From: Octopus vulgaris
Lineage: Eukaryota
Assembly (NCBI GenBank): GCA_951406725.2
Contig: OX597814.1
Location: 23,126,001 to 23,190,000, forward strand
Direction of reading: 5' to 3'
DNA length: 64,000 nt
Under the pieces are notes generated by a model, which saw nothing but the letters and a program-made list of their open reading frames with translations, did no database searches and was not told where the DNA came from. A program made the position numbers and the translations under genes. Positions 26,705-39,425 of this stretch are shown one piece after another (the stretch's first letter is position 1; every line of letters begins with the position of its first letter).

Positions 26705-26930
26705 TACCCTTGCCTAGACATTGTATGATTGTTGTAAATGAGCATCACTATCATACAAGTGAGGATGTTGATTTACAGACTTCAGTGAAAACATAATCTA
26801 TGTAAAATATTACCCTACATAGAAACAGGTGAGGATTGGTGAAGGGCATCTGGCCATAGAAAATCTACCTCAACAAATTCCATCTGACCCTTGCAAGCAT
26901 AGAAAAGTAAATGTTAAATGATGACGATGA
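26705..26930 (+). mobile_element. Diverged RTE-tailed SINE-like element
   Basis: gaagggcatctggcc...gcaagcatagaaaagtaaatgttaaatgatgacgatga tail shared with family C. Confidence 0.6.
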
Positions 26931-27177
26931 TATATGTGTGTGTATATATATATATATAAATATAAGGGTAAATAATTATTAATTTAAAATTAATAAATTT
27001 TACCAAGTAGTTTCGGTATTACCATTATCGGTAGGAACTTTTACCAAAAGTCTTTTTATATATAAATATAATTAAGGGTTTAGAAACTTGTTGCTTAACC
27101 CTTAATTATTTTTAATATATCACTGCATTGACCAGGCAATTGAATGTGGAATGTGCTTCTTTGTATCCTGTATATAT

Positions 27178-27533
27178 CATCATCATCATCATCATCATCA
27201 TCATCGCTTAACGTCTGCTTTCCATGCTAGCATTGGTTGGACGGTTTGACTGGGGTCTGGGAAGCCAGGAGGCTGTAACAATCCAGTCTGATCTGGCAGT
27301 GTTTCTACAGCTGGATGCCCTTCCTAACGCCAACCACTCTGTGAGTGTAGTGGGTGCTTTTTACGTGCCACTGGTACAGGTGCCAGGCGAGGCTGGCAAT
27401 GGCCACGATTGGATGTTGCTTTTTACGTGCCACCGGCACGGAGGCCAGTCATGGCGGCACTGGCAATGACCATGTTCGAATGGTTCTTTTACGTGCCACC
27501 GGCACTAGTATAACAACTGCAATTTCCATTGAT
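27178..27533 (-). mobile_element. Family C element
   Basis: (CAT)n tail and family C core. Confidence 0.85.
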
Positions 27534-27537
27534 TTAA

Positions 27538-28731
27538 GAGATGAGAATTTATGGAAAAGTACTCCACAGAAACTCAACAGACTGTTAAAGATGGAGAAGA
27601 GACGATGTATATTAACATGTAAATAACATAGTAGAATAATTAGAAATTAATTAAATTAAATTAAATTAAATTAAATTAATTAATTAATTACATATTACTG
27701 TTTTCCTCTGTGCAGAAAAGGAATGCATCAAAAGATTATTGTTATTGTTACAGGAGGCTTGATGAAGGAAGTAGTAAATAACATATTCTGATATACATAT
27801 TTCATCCTTATCGAAGATCATGAGCATACTCAAAAAAATTGTTTTTGTTGAGTCTAGTTGTGAAAGAACTAGAACTGATGTGGCTGATGGTTATTTGAAT
27901 ATATAAATGAAATATGTTTGAGAAACCTTCCCTCTAAATAAAAATAAGTATTTAATTAATATACACTCCAAATAAAGCATTTATCAAGGAAGAGAGATAG
28001 AGAGGTCCAATGGGACAGCATAGTTATATTTGAATCAGTTAATTACTTGACAGTTATAAGTTATATAGGTAATATAAGGTATGGTGTATATATAAAGAAG
28101 TTATTTTTAAGAAAAAAAAAATTTGTGCAAGAATAAAGAAATGAAAACTAGTTAATGTAGTTTTCATTACAAATGGAGTTAATTAGAGAATAGCTCTATA
28201 TAATCGAAAAAAATTTATTTACATGTAAAAGCTTATATTCATTTGTGTGAATTAAATATAAGATAAACAAATAAAAATAGAAGTATAGAAATTAAGAAAG
28301 TAAATACTTGCTGTGGCTAAAAATATTGAATAAAACCGTTTCAGGATAATGAAAATGTAAGGTATTTGAAAAACAAAGAAATACACAATGTAGGGGAGAT
28401 AAAGATGTGACATAGTCGTAAGGATGTTTTTAAAAAAAATAATTATTGGTATTTGGTGGGTTGACTATGTTTTTGTATAACTAATAAAAAGATAGAATAA
28501 GAGCTGAGAATCTAGTTATTCATAAAAGAAATGGGAAGTCAATAGTAATAAATGTATGTAATTAATTAATTTCTAATTATTCTACCATGTTACTTACATG
28601 TTAATATTGCTGTTCAAAACGATCGTATGCATGTATTAAAATTCTTTTTTTAAAATTTTAACATCTTCTCTTCTCCATCCTTAACAGTCTGTTGAGTTTC
28701 TATGGGATACTTTTCTATAAATTCTCATCTC
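27538..28731. mobile_element. ~1.2-kb element bounded by long inverted repeats
   Basis: 27538-27655 is the reverse complement of 28560-28731, apart from a ~55-bp indel. Confidence 0.75.
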
Positions 28732-30439
28732 ATACCTTATACATATAATAATTTCATATTCACGAAAATCTTACACCAACAAAATATGAAGAATCTTTGC
28801 TAGAAATCACCCCTTTGGAACCCTCCAAAGTAAAGGATAAATTGAACTTTACCTTTTCACACACACACACACATACATACATACATACATACATATAAAC
28901 TTAAGTAGAAGTGTGAAGGAAAACAACATAAAATTGTCAGCAATATTTTATTTATGCTGTAGTGGGATTCATTTGTTTAGATGTTTCAAAAGCTGGCCTT
29001 CTTAAATGCTAGCTATAAAAGTGTAAAATTTGACCTGCACTTCTATCCAAATAAACCAAGTTTAGTAGAAGGACTTTCTTTTTACATATAATGATAAAAG
29101 ACAGAGTTTGGCTTCATGACTTTTCCGTGAATGATTTATTATCCTAGATCTAGTTATTGTTAATTATATACTGAACAAATGCCAAACTAATCTAATAAAT
29201 AACCCATCCAATATGTAATCTTTACCTTGGTTTGATTCTAAATCTAAGCGTTCTCAATAAAAAGTTTTTATTTGCATTTAGATGTAATTGTTGTGACTTT
29301 AGAATCAGAAAATATTTTAAGTACTTGAAGCATAGCATATAGGTGTTTTAATGTATAACCTTATTTACAACTACCATATTTAAACTTTAGATAATATTAA
29401 GGAATATTAGTTCATAGATATTGATTTAAATCTTTGACATTCTCTTGAAGTTACAATTACTCTGCACCAACTTGAAGGCACTGCACTGGACATCATTTAT
29501 CAACATAAACAACCATCACTTTTCACAAACATTGACCAGGCAGCCATGCTAAATTGACAGTTTCTGAGGTAACTAAATTAGCAAATTAGGAGGATAGATA
29601 TTTTGAAATGAAATTAACCTGATGTTGCACGTGAAATATTTGAACTAAGGATCTTCAGTCTTCAATGAAGATATTTAACAAGATTATTGAAATTAACATG
29701 TTTCTCCATTTCACATCAGAAGAATTGCTCTATGAGAAGCTTTTGCCTCTAATGATAGAGGGTGCATGAAATCTTATGAAATAGGATATGAAATTTAATC
29801 TTGCATGGATAAAGACTGGTTCTTTGAATAGCTTCCTAAAATGTGTCAGTTTAACACTTCTGAGGAAATATTTTAATGACTTTTCAAACTATGTGGAGTC
29901 ATTCATGCTTAAAGTAAATTTATTTAGTACTGCTGCATTTAGTTACTAATTAAATGGATTCTAATTTCAGAACATTGCCTAATGCTTATTAAATTCAGTG
30001 ATCTGTAATGTTACATCAAATAACAATTGGGGAGCAGAATGAATCATAGAAATAATCATGATAAGGACGATAAACTGATAATGAAGGTAATAATATTGTT
30101 GTTGGTGTTGTTACTGCTGCTGTGTTAATTATGGTGGTGAGGATAATGATAATGATAATGGTACTTTTGATAATGAAAATAACAAAGTTATGTTTAAATG
30201 TGGTGGGTGGTAATTATAATTTTATTGCAACAGTGATGGTTTCAGTTGACTTTAGAACTTTTACACTATTAATTTGTCTATCCATATGTATTACAACCAT
30301 TACATCACTCATGGATGAATCCAGAAATGGCTAATAAGTTTTTACTTTGTTAATAAGCTGGCAACTCTAGATTTCGCATCAGACCGGTGCAGCTGGGTTC
30401 CACATGGAAGAGTCTTGGTACTGGGCAGAAGCATCTATA

Positions 30440-30707
30440 CTTATTCTTTTTTCTTTTATTCTTTCACTTGTTTCAGTCATTTGACTGTGGCTATGCTGCA
30501 GCACCATCTTTAAGGGGTTTTTAGTCAAAGAAATCAACTTTAGGACTTATTCTTTGTAAGACTAGTATTTATTCTAATCGATCTCTTTTGCCAGACCACT
30601 AAGTTGCAGGGATGTAAACACATCGACATTGGTTGTCAAGTGATGATGGGGGCGACAAACACAGACACAAATACAAACCCACATAGATATATACATATAC
30701 ATATATA

Positions 30708-30739
<32 letters not shown>

Positions 30740-30900
30740 GCTGGACTTCTTTCAGTTTCCGTCTACCAAATCCACTCACAAGGCTTTGATCAACCCGAGG
30801 TTATAGTAGAAGACACGAGTCCAAGGTATCATACAGGGGGACTGAACCCAGAACCATATGATTGGGAAGCAAGCTTCTTACCACACAGTCACGACTGTGC
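30440..30900 (-). mobile_element. SINE family A (full length)
   Basis: Matches 63193-63603. Confidence 0.9.
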
Positions 30901-31330
30901 TACCTGGACTTCTAGTGAATGCTTTAAAAGTAAGAATCAGAGGAAAGAAAGAAGCAGAAGCCATTAAGTGAACCTTATCTGCCAGCATGGATAATGGACA
31001 TTAAATGGTGAGGATAATGATGGTGATGACTCTTCTACTCAACCTGTCTTCTCTCGGCTCAATTGCTTTACACCTGAGACTGCACCGGATAGGTGTCTCA
31101 GTATCACAACTCTTCCATACCTTTGTATTGACCCAGGTGTATTTTAAAGAGATCTTGAGACTATCCCTGTAGCATGTTTTGTTCTCTGATTGAATGTTCC
31201 TCACCTTGGTCAAATTTGTTGGAATAAAAATGTCGTAGGAATAACTTTTACTTTTATTCTGACAATGTGCCCAGACTATTGCAACTGGGCTCCACATTTA
31301 AGAGTCTTGATGCTGGGCAGAAGTATCTAT

Positions 31331-31732
31331 CATCATCATCATTGTTCGACCATGATCGAGACAATGGAATTTACTATGCTACGCCAGACTTCACGGTCCA
31401 TCATAGCATTACAGAGGTCCTGTTGCTGGATGCCTGTATCCCTGGAGATTACATCAGGGTAGGAGAGTGTGCACCCTCTGGTATCACCCTCGTTTTCAGC
31501 TCTACAACAATGTCCAGCAAACTGAATTCTCCTACCTTTCACAAGAGATGATACAGGTGGTAGTTTTCCATATATTTGTATTTTGGTTGGATGACGCTTC
31601 CACGAGAGATTTTGAGGTCTCATAAGGAGGCGAGCGTAAGTTCCATCCAACCACCTCTCAAGCTTCTTTGATAACATCCAGGTTTCTGAGCCATATAGTA
31701 GAATTGGTTCAACTGTGTGTCTATATATATCT
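31331..31732 (-). mobile_element. 5'-truncated LINE (RTE-like) with (GAT)n tail and TSD
   Basis: VEPILLYGSETW...RRIQFAGHCCR...MMDREVWRSIV*. TSD gaagtatctat at 31320-31330 and 31733-31743. Confidence 0.9.
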
Positions 31733-32702
31733 GAAGTATCTATACATATCTGAACTTCTGGTGAATGCTTTAAAACAGCATCAGAAGAAAGAAAGAAACA
31801 GGGGCTGTTAAGTGAAACCTATTGTTGACAATAGTGTTTCTAATTAAATTACTTTATCACATATCACAGTCTCTGCCATTTGTTCACACAAAACACCCAA
31901 CAACAACAACAACAAAACCAGTCTTTATTTCTCTAACTAAGGCAATTCAGATATAATTTGCTAACTCTGTAGTGGTCATTATATGAATACTGTTCGACTT
32001 CAGCTTCATTCAACTAAATACCATCATTTTCCCTTCTTACACATACACACACACACACGTATGCACAGACACACACATATACATACACACACACTACTTA
32101 TGACCTCCTGCTACATTTTGCATATACTTTCATATTCTCAAATAATGGAAGGAAATGATCTAATTAGGCATTGAGAAGATCCATTAATAACTAGATTGAG
32201 GAATGCTAAATCAGATCCACTTATTGTTGTCTAAGTGTTAAACTATGGGGACTATATTAAAGCTTATACATAAATGCTCTATTAATCTCCATTATTTTCT
32301 TTTTCACCTCTGCTGCAAAGCTCGAGATACTATCAACAATTACAACTGATAAGTCTGTTAAATTGTTCAAACATGCAATTTTCTTTATTGTCCAACTTAG
32401 CACTGTCTGCATAAGGAATCGTGAAATGTTCTCATCCTTTTGTTTGCTTTGCTTTGGAAGAATCTAAATATTTCCCCTCGCTGAAATCACACTGGCTGTG
32501 ATACTCATTCAATATATAAACTCATAATCACAATGATCATCATCGTCGTCATCGTCGTCATTGTCATCATCATCATCATCATCATCATCATTGGCTGCGG
32601 CATTATCATCACCATCATCATCATCATTACATCATGATCCTTTACCTTTTATTCTACCATCATTCTTTCTCTTCCCCATTATCATAGTTATAATTAAAGC
32701 CA

Positions 32703-33160
32703 ACACCACCACCACCACCACCACCACCACCACCACCACCACACACCACCACCACCACCACCACCACCACCACCACCACCACCACTACCACCACCACCAC
32801 CACCACAACTACCACCACCACCACCACCACCACCACCACCATCACTACCACCACCACCACCACCACCACCACTACCACCACCACCACCACCACCACCACC
32901 ACCACCACCACCACTACCACCACCACTACCACCACCACCACCACCACCACCACCACCACCACCACCACCAACCACCACCACCACCACCACCACCACCACC
33001 ACCACCACCACTACCACCACCACCACCACCACTACCACCACCACCACCACCACCACCACCACCACTACCACCACCACCACCACCACCACCACCACCACCA
33101 CCACCACCACCACCACCACCACCACCACCACCACTACCACCACTACCACCACTGCTACCA
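32703..33160. repeat. Long (CCA)n/(TGG)n trinucleotide tract
   Basis: ~450 bp of CCA with occasional CTA. Explains the poly-H/P/G/V ORFs. Confidence 0.95.
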
Positions 33161-33827
33161 TCGTTATTGTCCTTGTCGTTATTACTATCATTAGAAAACC
33201 AATCCCTGCCACCACTAACATCACTAACATCAACAACGTATTCATCCAAAGCCTCAATCACCATTTCAAGTATCTGCTTCTCTCATTCACACCTATTATT
33301 TATGTGGCAAACTAGCAGAATCATTTAAGCATTAGACAAAATACCTACGATAATTAGCTATGGCTTTTTATATTTCAAGTTCAAAACCTGCTGAGGTTAA
33401 TATGTGGTTACACACCCTGCTAGAAATATCAGCAAAATCTCCTTCAAATTATCTCTTGCCACCTTAAGAAAAAAACAAGTTAGATAATATCTTTGACTCT
33501 CCTAGAAGGATAGCATGGCCACAGTTGGAATGTCTTTGATCATAGATTAGCCTGAAAAGGGTTGGCCTGGAGCTAATTTACATGGATGATTCATCCATTA
33601 CATGATACTTAAACAAACATAAAAATTAACTCCCTTAATTTTTTTCATACTCACATTACTGAATTTACACAGTAACATTCTTGACTATACCTGTATCATT
33701 CTTGTAGCATTGTGATGCCAAAATTTCTATAATTCTAACATGACTTCTACACACACACACACACACACACACTACATAAATACATGCATATATCATCCAC
33801 CTCATCATCATCATTTTCATCATCCTC

Positions 33828-33895
33828 ACCACCACCACCACCACCACCACTACCACCACCACCACCACCACCACCACTACCACCACCACCACCAC
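33828..33895. repeat. (CCA)n tract
   Basis: Direct reading. Confidence 0.9.
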
Positions 33896-34309
33896 TTAAA
33901 AACTATGCTCCATGCTGGCATAGCTTAGATAATTTGACAAAATTTGGTGGTTCCAAAGAATGCATTGTGATCCTAGGTCTGCTTTGGTGTGGTTTCTACA
34001 GCTGGATGTCCTTCTTAACACCAACCTCTTTAGAGTGTGCACTGAGTGTTTTTCTTTACATCAGCTCTAGTAAGGTCAGCACTCTTCTTGCAAGACTAAG
34101 ATCTTTTTCAGCTAAATGTGGCCACAGTAGAGAGGGTGGTGGGTTTATTGCTCTGGGATGAGGATTTAAAGTGAGAGAGAAGGAGTTCAATTAGAACAGG
34201 TTTCTTGCTATTGGAGAAGCTACACAACAATTTACATTATCAAACAGAGGATGAAAGTGATCAGGTGAAAATGGAAAATGATAAAAATAGTGGTGCTAAA
34301 GTATGAGGG

Positions 34310-35140
34310 TGAACCCTCACATATTTGTTCCACGTACTTCTCGAGATTTTTGCACACTGTTCCCAGGGCTCTGACAATTATTGGTACTACTGCTACCTTT
34401 TTCATTGACCACAACTGCTTAATTACCCAAGCTAACTTGTCATATCTCTCAACTTTTCTTTCTTCCTTATCACATACCTTGTTGTCAGCTGGGCATGCTA
34501 TATCTATGATCCAGCATAGTTTATTTTCTTTCTAAATTAAGACTATGTCTGGCTTCCTATTCTTAATCTCATGGTCGAACTGAATCATAAAATCTCATAG
34601 GATCTTTGCATCTCTATTTTCAACGATGCCTTCAGGTTTGTGGTTGTACCAATTTTTTGCTCTGTCAAGTCCATACTTGTTGCAAAGTGTCCAATGGACA
34701 AGCCTGGCTATATTGTTGTGGTGTCTCCTATATTCCTTCAGGGCTAGCAGTGTACATTGGTTGGTAATATGCCATACAGTTTCACAGTTTTGTCCACAGA
34801 TTCTGCACTTATCACTTTCTTCTGTGTTGTCTATTCTGTATTTTATGTAGTTTGTTCTTAGTGCTTGGTCTTGGGCAGAACAGATTAGAGTCACGGGAGA
34901 AGGCACTACTTGAAACCATTGGTTTTAAATCACTTTTAGTCATTCACAGCCATCTTTTTTCTCTGTCTGTCTTATCTTCAACATCTCTATGAAATTGCCC
35001 ATGCATTCTTTTCTTTATCCAACTATTTTCCGTTTCATTCATCTTCAATTTCTTGTATAGTGCTTTATCTTTGCAATCTTTAATCCTACACAAGCCTGAC
35101 CTTCTTTCTTCTAATAATAGCAGTTCTGTGGCATTTTTTA
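34310..35140 (-). mobile_element. R4/Dong-type RLE non-LTR retrotransposon fragment
   Basis: AQDQALRT...CRICGQNCETVWHITNQC (CCHC knuckle)...RKPDIVL...IIDIACP (PD-(D/E)xK nuclease)...VPIIVRALG. Confidence 0.9.
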
Positions 35141-35141
35141 C

Positions 35142-35142
<1 letters not shown>

Positions 35143-35175
<33 letters not shown>

Positions 35176-35197
35176 GTTATTATTATTATTATTATTA

Positions 35198-35243
<46 letters not shown>
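35143..35243. repeat. (TAA)n/(TTA)n microsatellite
   Basis: Direct reading. Confidence 0.95.
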
Positions 35244-35244
35244 A

Positions 35245-35583
35245 TAGTTTTATTTTTATAGCGTGCTTTCACTTCACTACCAAGCGCTGCTCTGTGTGCC
35301 TTGGGTATGTGCTATGATTTGTTGTGATGCTCTGATGGTTATTGTATGGAAAGTGTTCTGCGTAGGATGTGTGAAGTGCCTAGTAGTGCAATTTTCTGTA
35401 TGTTATATGTGTTTGTAAGTCCTGGTGTTTTTGTTATGTATTTGTCTGAATATTTTTTTATCATGCCTAATGCACCTACTATGACAGGAATTGTTTCTGT
35501 TTTTCGATTCCAAATTCTGGTTACCTCTATTTCCAGGTCTTTGTATTTTGAAAGTTTCTCCATTTCTTTTAGAGACACGTTGT
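35245..35583 (-). mobile_element. R4/Dong-type LINE 3' end (second subfamily)
   Basis: EKLSKYKDLEIEV...IPVIVGALG...IQKIALLGTSHILRRTL*, flanked by (TAA)n. Confidence 0.9.
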
Positions 35584-35621
35584 CATTATTATTATCATTA
35601 TTATTATTATTATTATTATTT

Positions 35622-36310
35622 TATGAAAACTCTCAGCATATTTTGCTGGGTATGATGGAAAGTGTCAGCTGTCCACGGTCAGCAGACTAAGGTGACATTT
35701 GTTTACTGGTGATACTTCAAGAACCCAATGAAGAATTCTTGCAGTTCCAAGTAATGTCGATTTTTGCAGATGTTCTATCTTTGTTTGCACCAGTCTTTTT
35801 GAGCAATACTGGTAGTTGAGTGCTGATACTTCCAAGTGCACCACTTACTATTGGTATCACATGTACTCTCCTTTGTATTTCCCACATCAAATTGTCATAG
35901 TTGTTCAGTTTCTTCAGCTTTCTCTTTGATCCTGTTGTCACTAGGAAGTGCTATGTCAATTATCATGCAAGTTCTTTCTTTTTTATTCACCATCACAATG
36001 TCCAGTTTCTGATGAATGTCTAGTTTCTGGATCATTGCATCCTACAAGATTTTGCAATCTTTGTTGTCTGTGACTCCTTCTGGAGTTTTCTCATACCACG
36101 TATTTGCTCTTTGTAGGCCATGATTTTCACAGAGCTCCCAATAGATCATTCTTATCACATTGTCATGTCATCTTTTATAATTGCATTGCACCAATCTCAG
36201 GCATTCACTAATGATGTGCCATACCATTTCACACCCTTCACCACACATTCTGCCTTTGTTGCTATCGGTAGTGTTCTCGATCCTGCACTTCACATAGTTA
36301 GTCCTTAAAG
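35622..36310 (-). mobile_element. R4/Dong-type LINE fragment (third, more decayed)
   Basis: KLNNYDNLMWEI...VIPIVSGALGSI, with a decayed knuckle/nuclease region upstream. Confidence 0.75.
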
Positions 36311-36404
36311 CTTGATCTTATACCATATATATATGTGTTTCTGTTTTTACCTTCAGGTCACTCCTACTTTATTATTATTATTATTATTATTGTTGTTGTT
36401 GTTA

Positions 36405-36992
36405 AAGTGTCGAGCGGGCAGAAACGTTAGCATGCTGGGCAAAGTGCATAACCGTATTCCGCCGAGGTCGACTTTGCCTTTCATCCTTTTGGGGTCGATA
36501 AATTAAGTACCAGTTACGTACTGGAGTCGATGTAATCGACTTAATCCGTTTGTCTGGCCTTGTTTGTCTCCTCTGTGTTTAGCCCCTTGTGGGTAGTAAA
36601 GAAATAGGTATTTCGTCTATCTCTTTAATTTCCTCTGCTGCTACGTTCTGAGTTCAAATTCCACTGAGGTCGACTTTGCCTTTTATCCTTTCAGGGTCGA
36701 TTAAATAAGTACCAGTTACGCACTGGGGTCGATATAATCGACTTAATTCGTTTGTCTGTCCTTGTTTGTCCCTTATGTATTTAGCCCCTTGTGTGTAGTA
36801 AAGAAATAGGTATTTCATCTGCTGCTACATTCTGAGTTCAAATTCCACTGAGGTTGACTTTGCCTTTCATCCTTTCAGGGTCGATTAAATAAGCACCAGT
36901 TACGCACTGGGGTCGATATAATCGACTTAATCCATTTGTCTGTCCTTGTTTGTCTCTTCTGTGTGTAGCCCCTTGTGGGCAGTAAAGAAATA
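36405..36992 (+). mobile_element. Head-to-tail trimer of SINE family B
   Basis: Three consecutive units each ending gccccttgtg.g.agtaaagaaata. Units 2 and 3 restart at ggtatttc. Confidence 0.9.
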
Positions 36993-37254
36993 TGACTTGT
37001 TAGCATATTGGACTAAATACTAAGCAGCATTTCTTCTGGCTCTCTGTTCTAAGTTCAAATTCTGCTGGGGTTGATTTCTTGGACTTGATAAAAATATATA
37101 CTAGTTAAACATTGAAATTGATGTAATTGATTTAATTCTTCCTCTAAAACATTACTGGCCTTGTGCCAACATTTCAAACTATCATAATTATTATTATTGT
37201 CGTTGTTGTTGTTGCTGCTGTTATTGTTGTTGTTGTTGTTGTTGTTGTTATTGC

Positions 37255-37650
37255 AAAGTTCCATGGTGATTATGTCAACAGATCCATGTCTTGAGATTTA
37301 GTAACAAACAAGTCATCTCAATTTCAAGGATTCTTGCAGAATCGAAAATGACAGTTTTTTTGCATCTCTGCTATCAAGATCTTCATTCCGATATTTCTCA
37401 GTTTCTTGAAATAACTATTTTCCTGTCATTCCCAGGGTTACTCTGATAACAGTGTTAAAAATTCACTTGAATATCTCAGAATTCTTTGACATGTCCAAAT
37501 GCTTTTCAGTATTTTCTGGATGCTTTCTTCATCTTCTATATTGGTTTATGGAGGTATATCCCAGAACACTGTTATCTTGTCATTTCAAACACTGCCTGTG
37601 GCATATGCACATGTCATCTACTTTATGGGACAATTTTGTAATGTTCCTAT
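37255..37650 (-). mobile_element. R4/Dong-type LINE 3' fragment (fourth, decayed)
   Basis: Decayed V.RVTLG...LRNIGM...KTV pattern, adjacent to a (TTG/TTA)n tract. Confidence 0.55.
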
Positions 37651-37673
37651 GGCATGTGTGTATGCGTGTATGT

Positions 37674-37709
<36 letters not shown>

Positions 37710-38026
37710 ACATACACATGTATATAGTGGTGTATATAATTTTTTTATGCTACACTACTTTGTTATAAAAATCGATTATATTCTTGCAACACAAATATGC
37801 CATGAAAGTTTCCTATTCTTTGTGTGTATTATGTGTTTATAACTATGTATAATTGTACATGTGTGTGTGTGTGTGTGTTTAAATATGTGTAATTGTTTGA
37901 TTCTCTGTGTGTGTGAGTACTGTTCTATGAACTTTTTGAATTAATTATAGGTTAGACTAGTATTTCATTCTGGATAGAATATTCCTAGAAATACCAACAT
38001 ATTCATTTAGGCATGGCATTACAGTG

Positions 38027-38390
38027 TATGCAAGTTTGTGCAGTTAAGAAACTGGCTTTGTAACCACATGGTTTCAGGTCCAGTCCCACTGTGCAGCACC
38101 TTGGGCAAATATCTTCTACTAGAGCTCCAGGCTGACCAATGCCTTTTGAGTGAATTTGATAGATGGTAACTGTGAGGAAGCCCACTGCTGCATATGTGTG
38201 TCTTTGTTTTTGTCCTAGTGTTGGCTTGTTTACATTCCAGTAACATTAACAGTTTGATGAAAAAAACTAAGAGAATAAATACCAAACTTAAAAATTAAGT
38301 ATTGGAGTTGATTTGTTCAAGTAAACTTCTCAAAGCACTGCCCCAGCATGGCTGCAGGTCAATGGCTATAATAAGCAAAAGATAAAAGAT
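38027..38390 (+). mobile_element. Diverged SINE family A relative
   Basis: aaccacatggtttcaggtccagtcccactgtgcagcaccttgggcaa...ccccagcatggctgcag...aaaagataaaaga. Confidence 0.75.
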
Positions 38391-39059
38391 GACAAGCAAT
38401 TCTTAACTTTAAGCATTCCATATTAGCATACTAATTTTCAAGCCTTTTTCACTTACAATATTCAAACTTAAAACTGTTAGATGTGTCTGTCTTTCCCAGT
38501 GTTCTTATGACAATTATAATAACCTTTTGATAACACAAAATGCATTCACCAGTATTTTATCTTTTATGGCTATTTCCTCTGTCTTATCTCATGTTGTGTA
38601 CAGATATGTCTGACAGTAGTCCTCATTTTTCTTCCCAGATACTGTTTTCCTGTTCACTCTCTTCAGTTTGTGTTGTCACCTTGATTGTGATGCCTAACTG
38701 TTACATCAACAGGGAAATGCTGTCACTATTTGCAAAGATAAATTGTTATATTTATGAAGAAACAATTTATTGACTAGTTGTATAACTAAAATAATAATAA
38801 TAATAACAGCAAGGATAGTAAGAAAAGTTTTTGATATTTGAGGAAACTGGTTGTGACTTGTTACGATAGACATTGATTCGGAATGTAACACACTCACACA
38901 TACCATGAATAAAAAATTATCTTTTCTGCTGCTGGCATAAGGCCTGAAAGTTTGGGGAAGGGGACTAGTCAATTACATCAACCCCAGTGCTTGACTGATA
39001 CTTATTTTATCAACTCTGAAAGGATGAAAAGCAAGACTATACTATTAAAGCAAAAAAAA

Positions 39060-39425
39060 AAGATACTTATGATTATAGAGGACAAAATAAACTAACTCTA
39101 AGATCAAAGATTTTGAATTCCTTGTGATAGCAGAGTTGATACAAAAAAAATTGAAAAGAATGAGGATTATCAGAATTTAACCAGAGAGCTGAAGGGACTG
39201 TGGAAGACTAAGGCAACAATCATTCCTATGGTAATTGGTGCAATTGGCACGGTACCCAAAATGCTACCCAAAAGATTGAAAGAGATTGGAATTGAAACTG
39301 GTTTTGTTGACCTGTAGAAAAGTACCATCCTATACTCTTCAACCATAAAGAAAGCTTTTGTTGTGAAACTTCAAGATAAAAAAGCCCTGCTAATTAAATT
39401 AGTATATACTAGCTTAATAATAATA
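39060..39425 (+). mobile_element. R4/Dong-type LINE 3' fragment (fifth)
   Basis: KKIEKNEDYQNLTRELKGLWKTKATIIPMVIGAIGTVPK...; ends in taataataataa. Confidence 0.75.

Noticed and set aside
27001-27035. Hammerhead-like string on the minus strand (UACC-GAUAAU-GGU-AAU-ACC-GAAACUACUU-GGUA)
   Set aside because: The core cannot be completed without assuming a deletion; too degenerate to call from one copy.
32492-32503. 12-nt match to the miR-2 5' end on the minus strand (TATCACAGCCAG)
   Set aside because: The 3' half differs and I see no precursor hairpin. Short miR-9-like (~3927) and miR-124-like (~4841) matches were rejected likewise.
32561-33328. 255-aa His/Pro-rich ORF and overlapping poly-G/V ORFs
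   Set aside because: Translation of the (CAT)n/(CCA)n microsatellite, which is stop-free in most frames.
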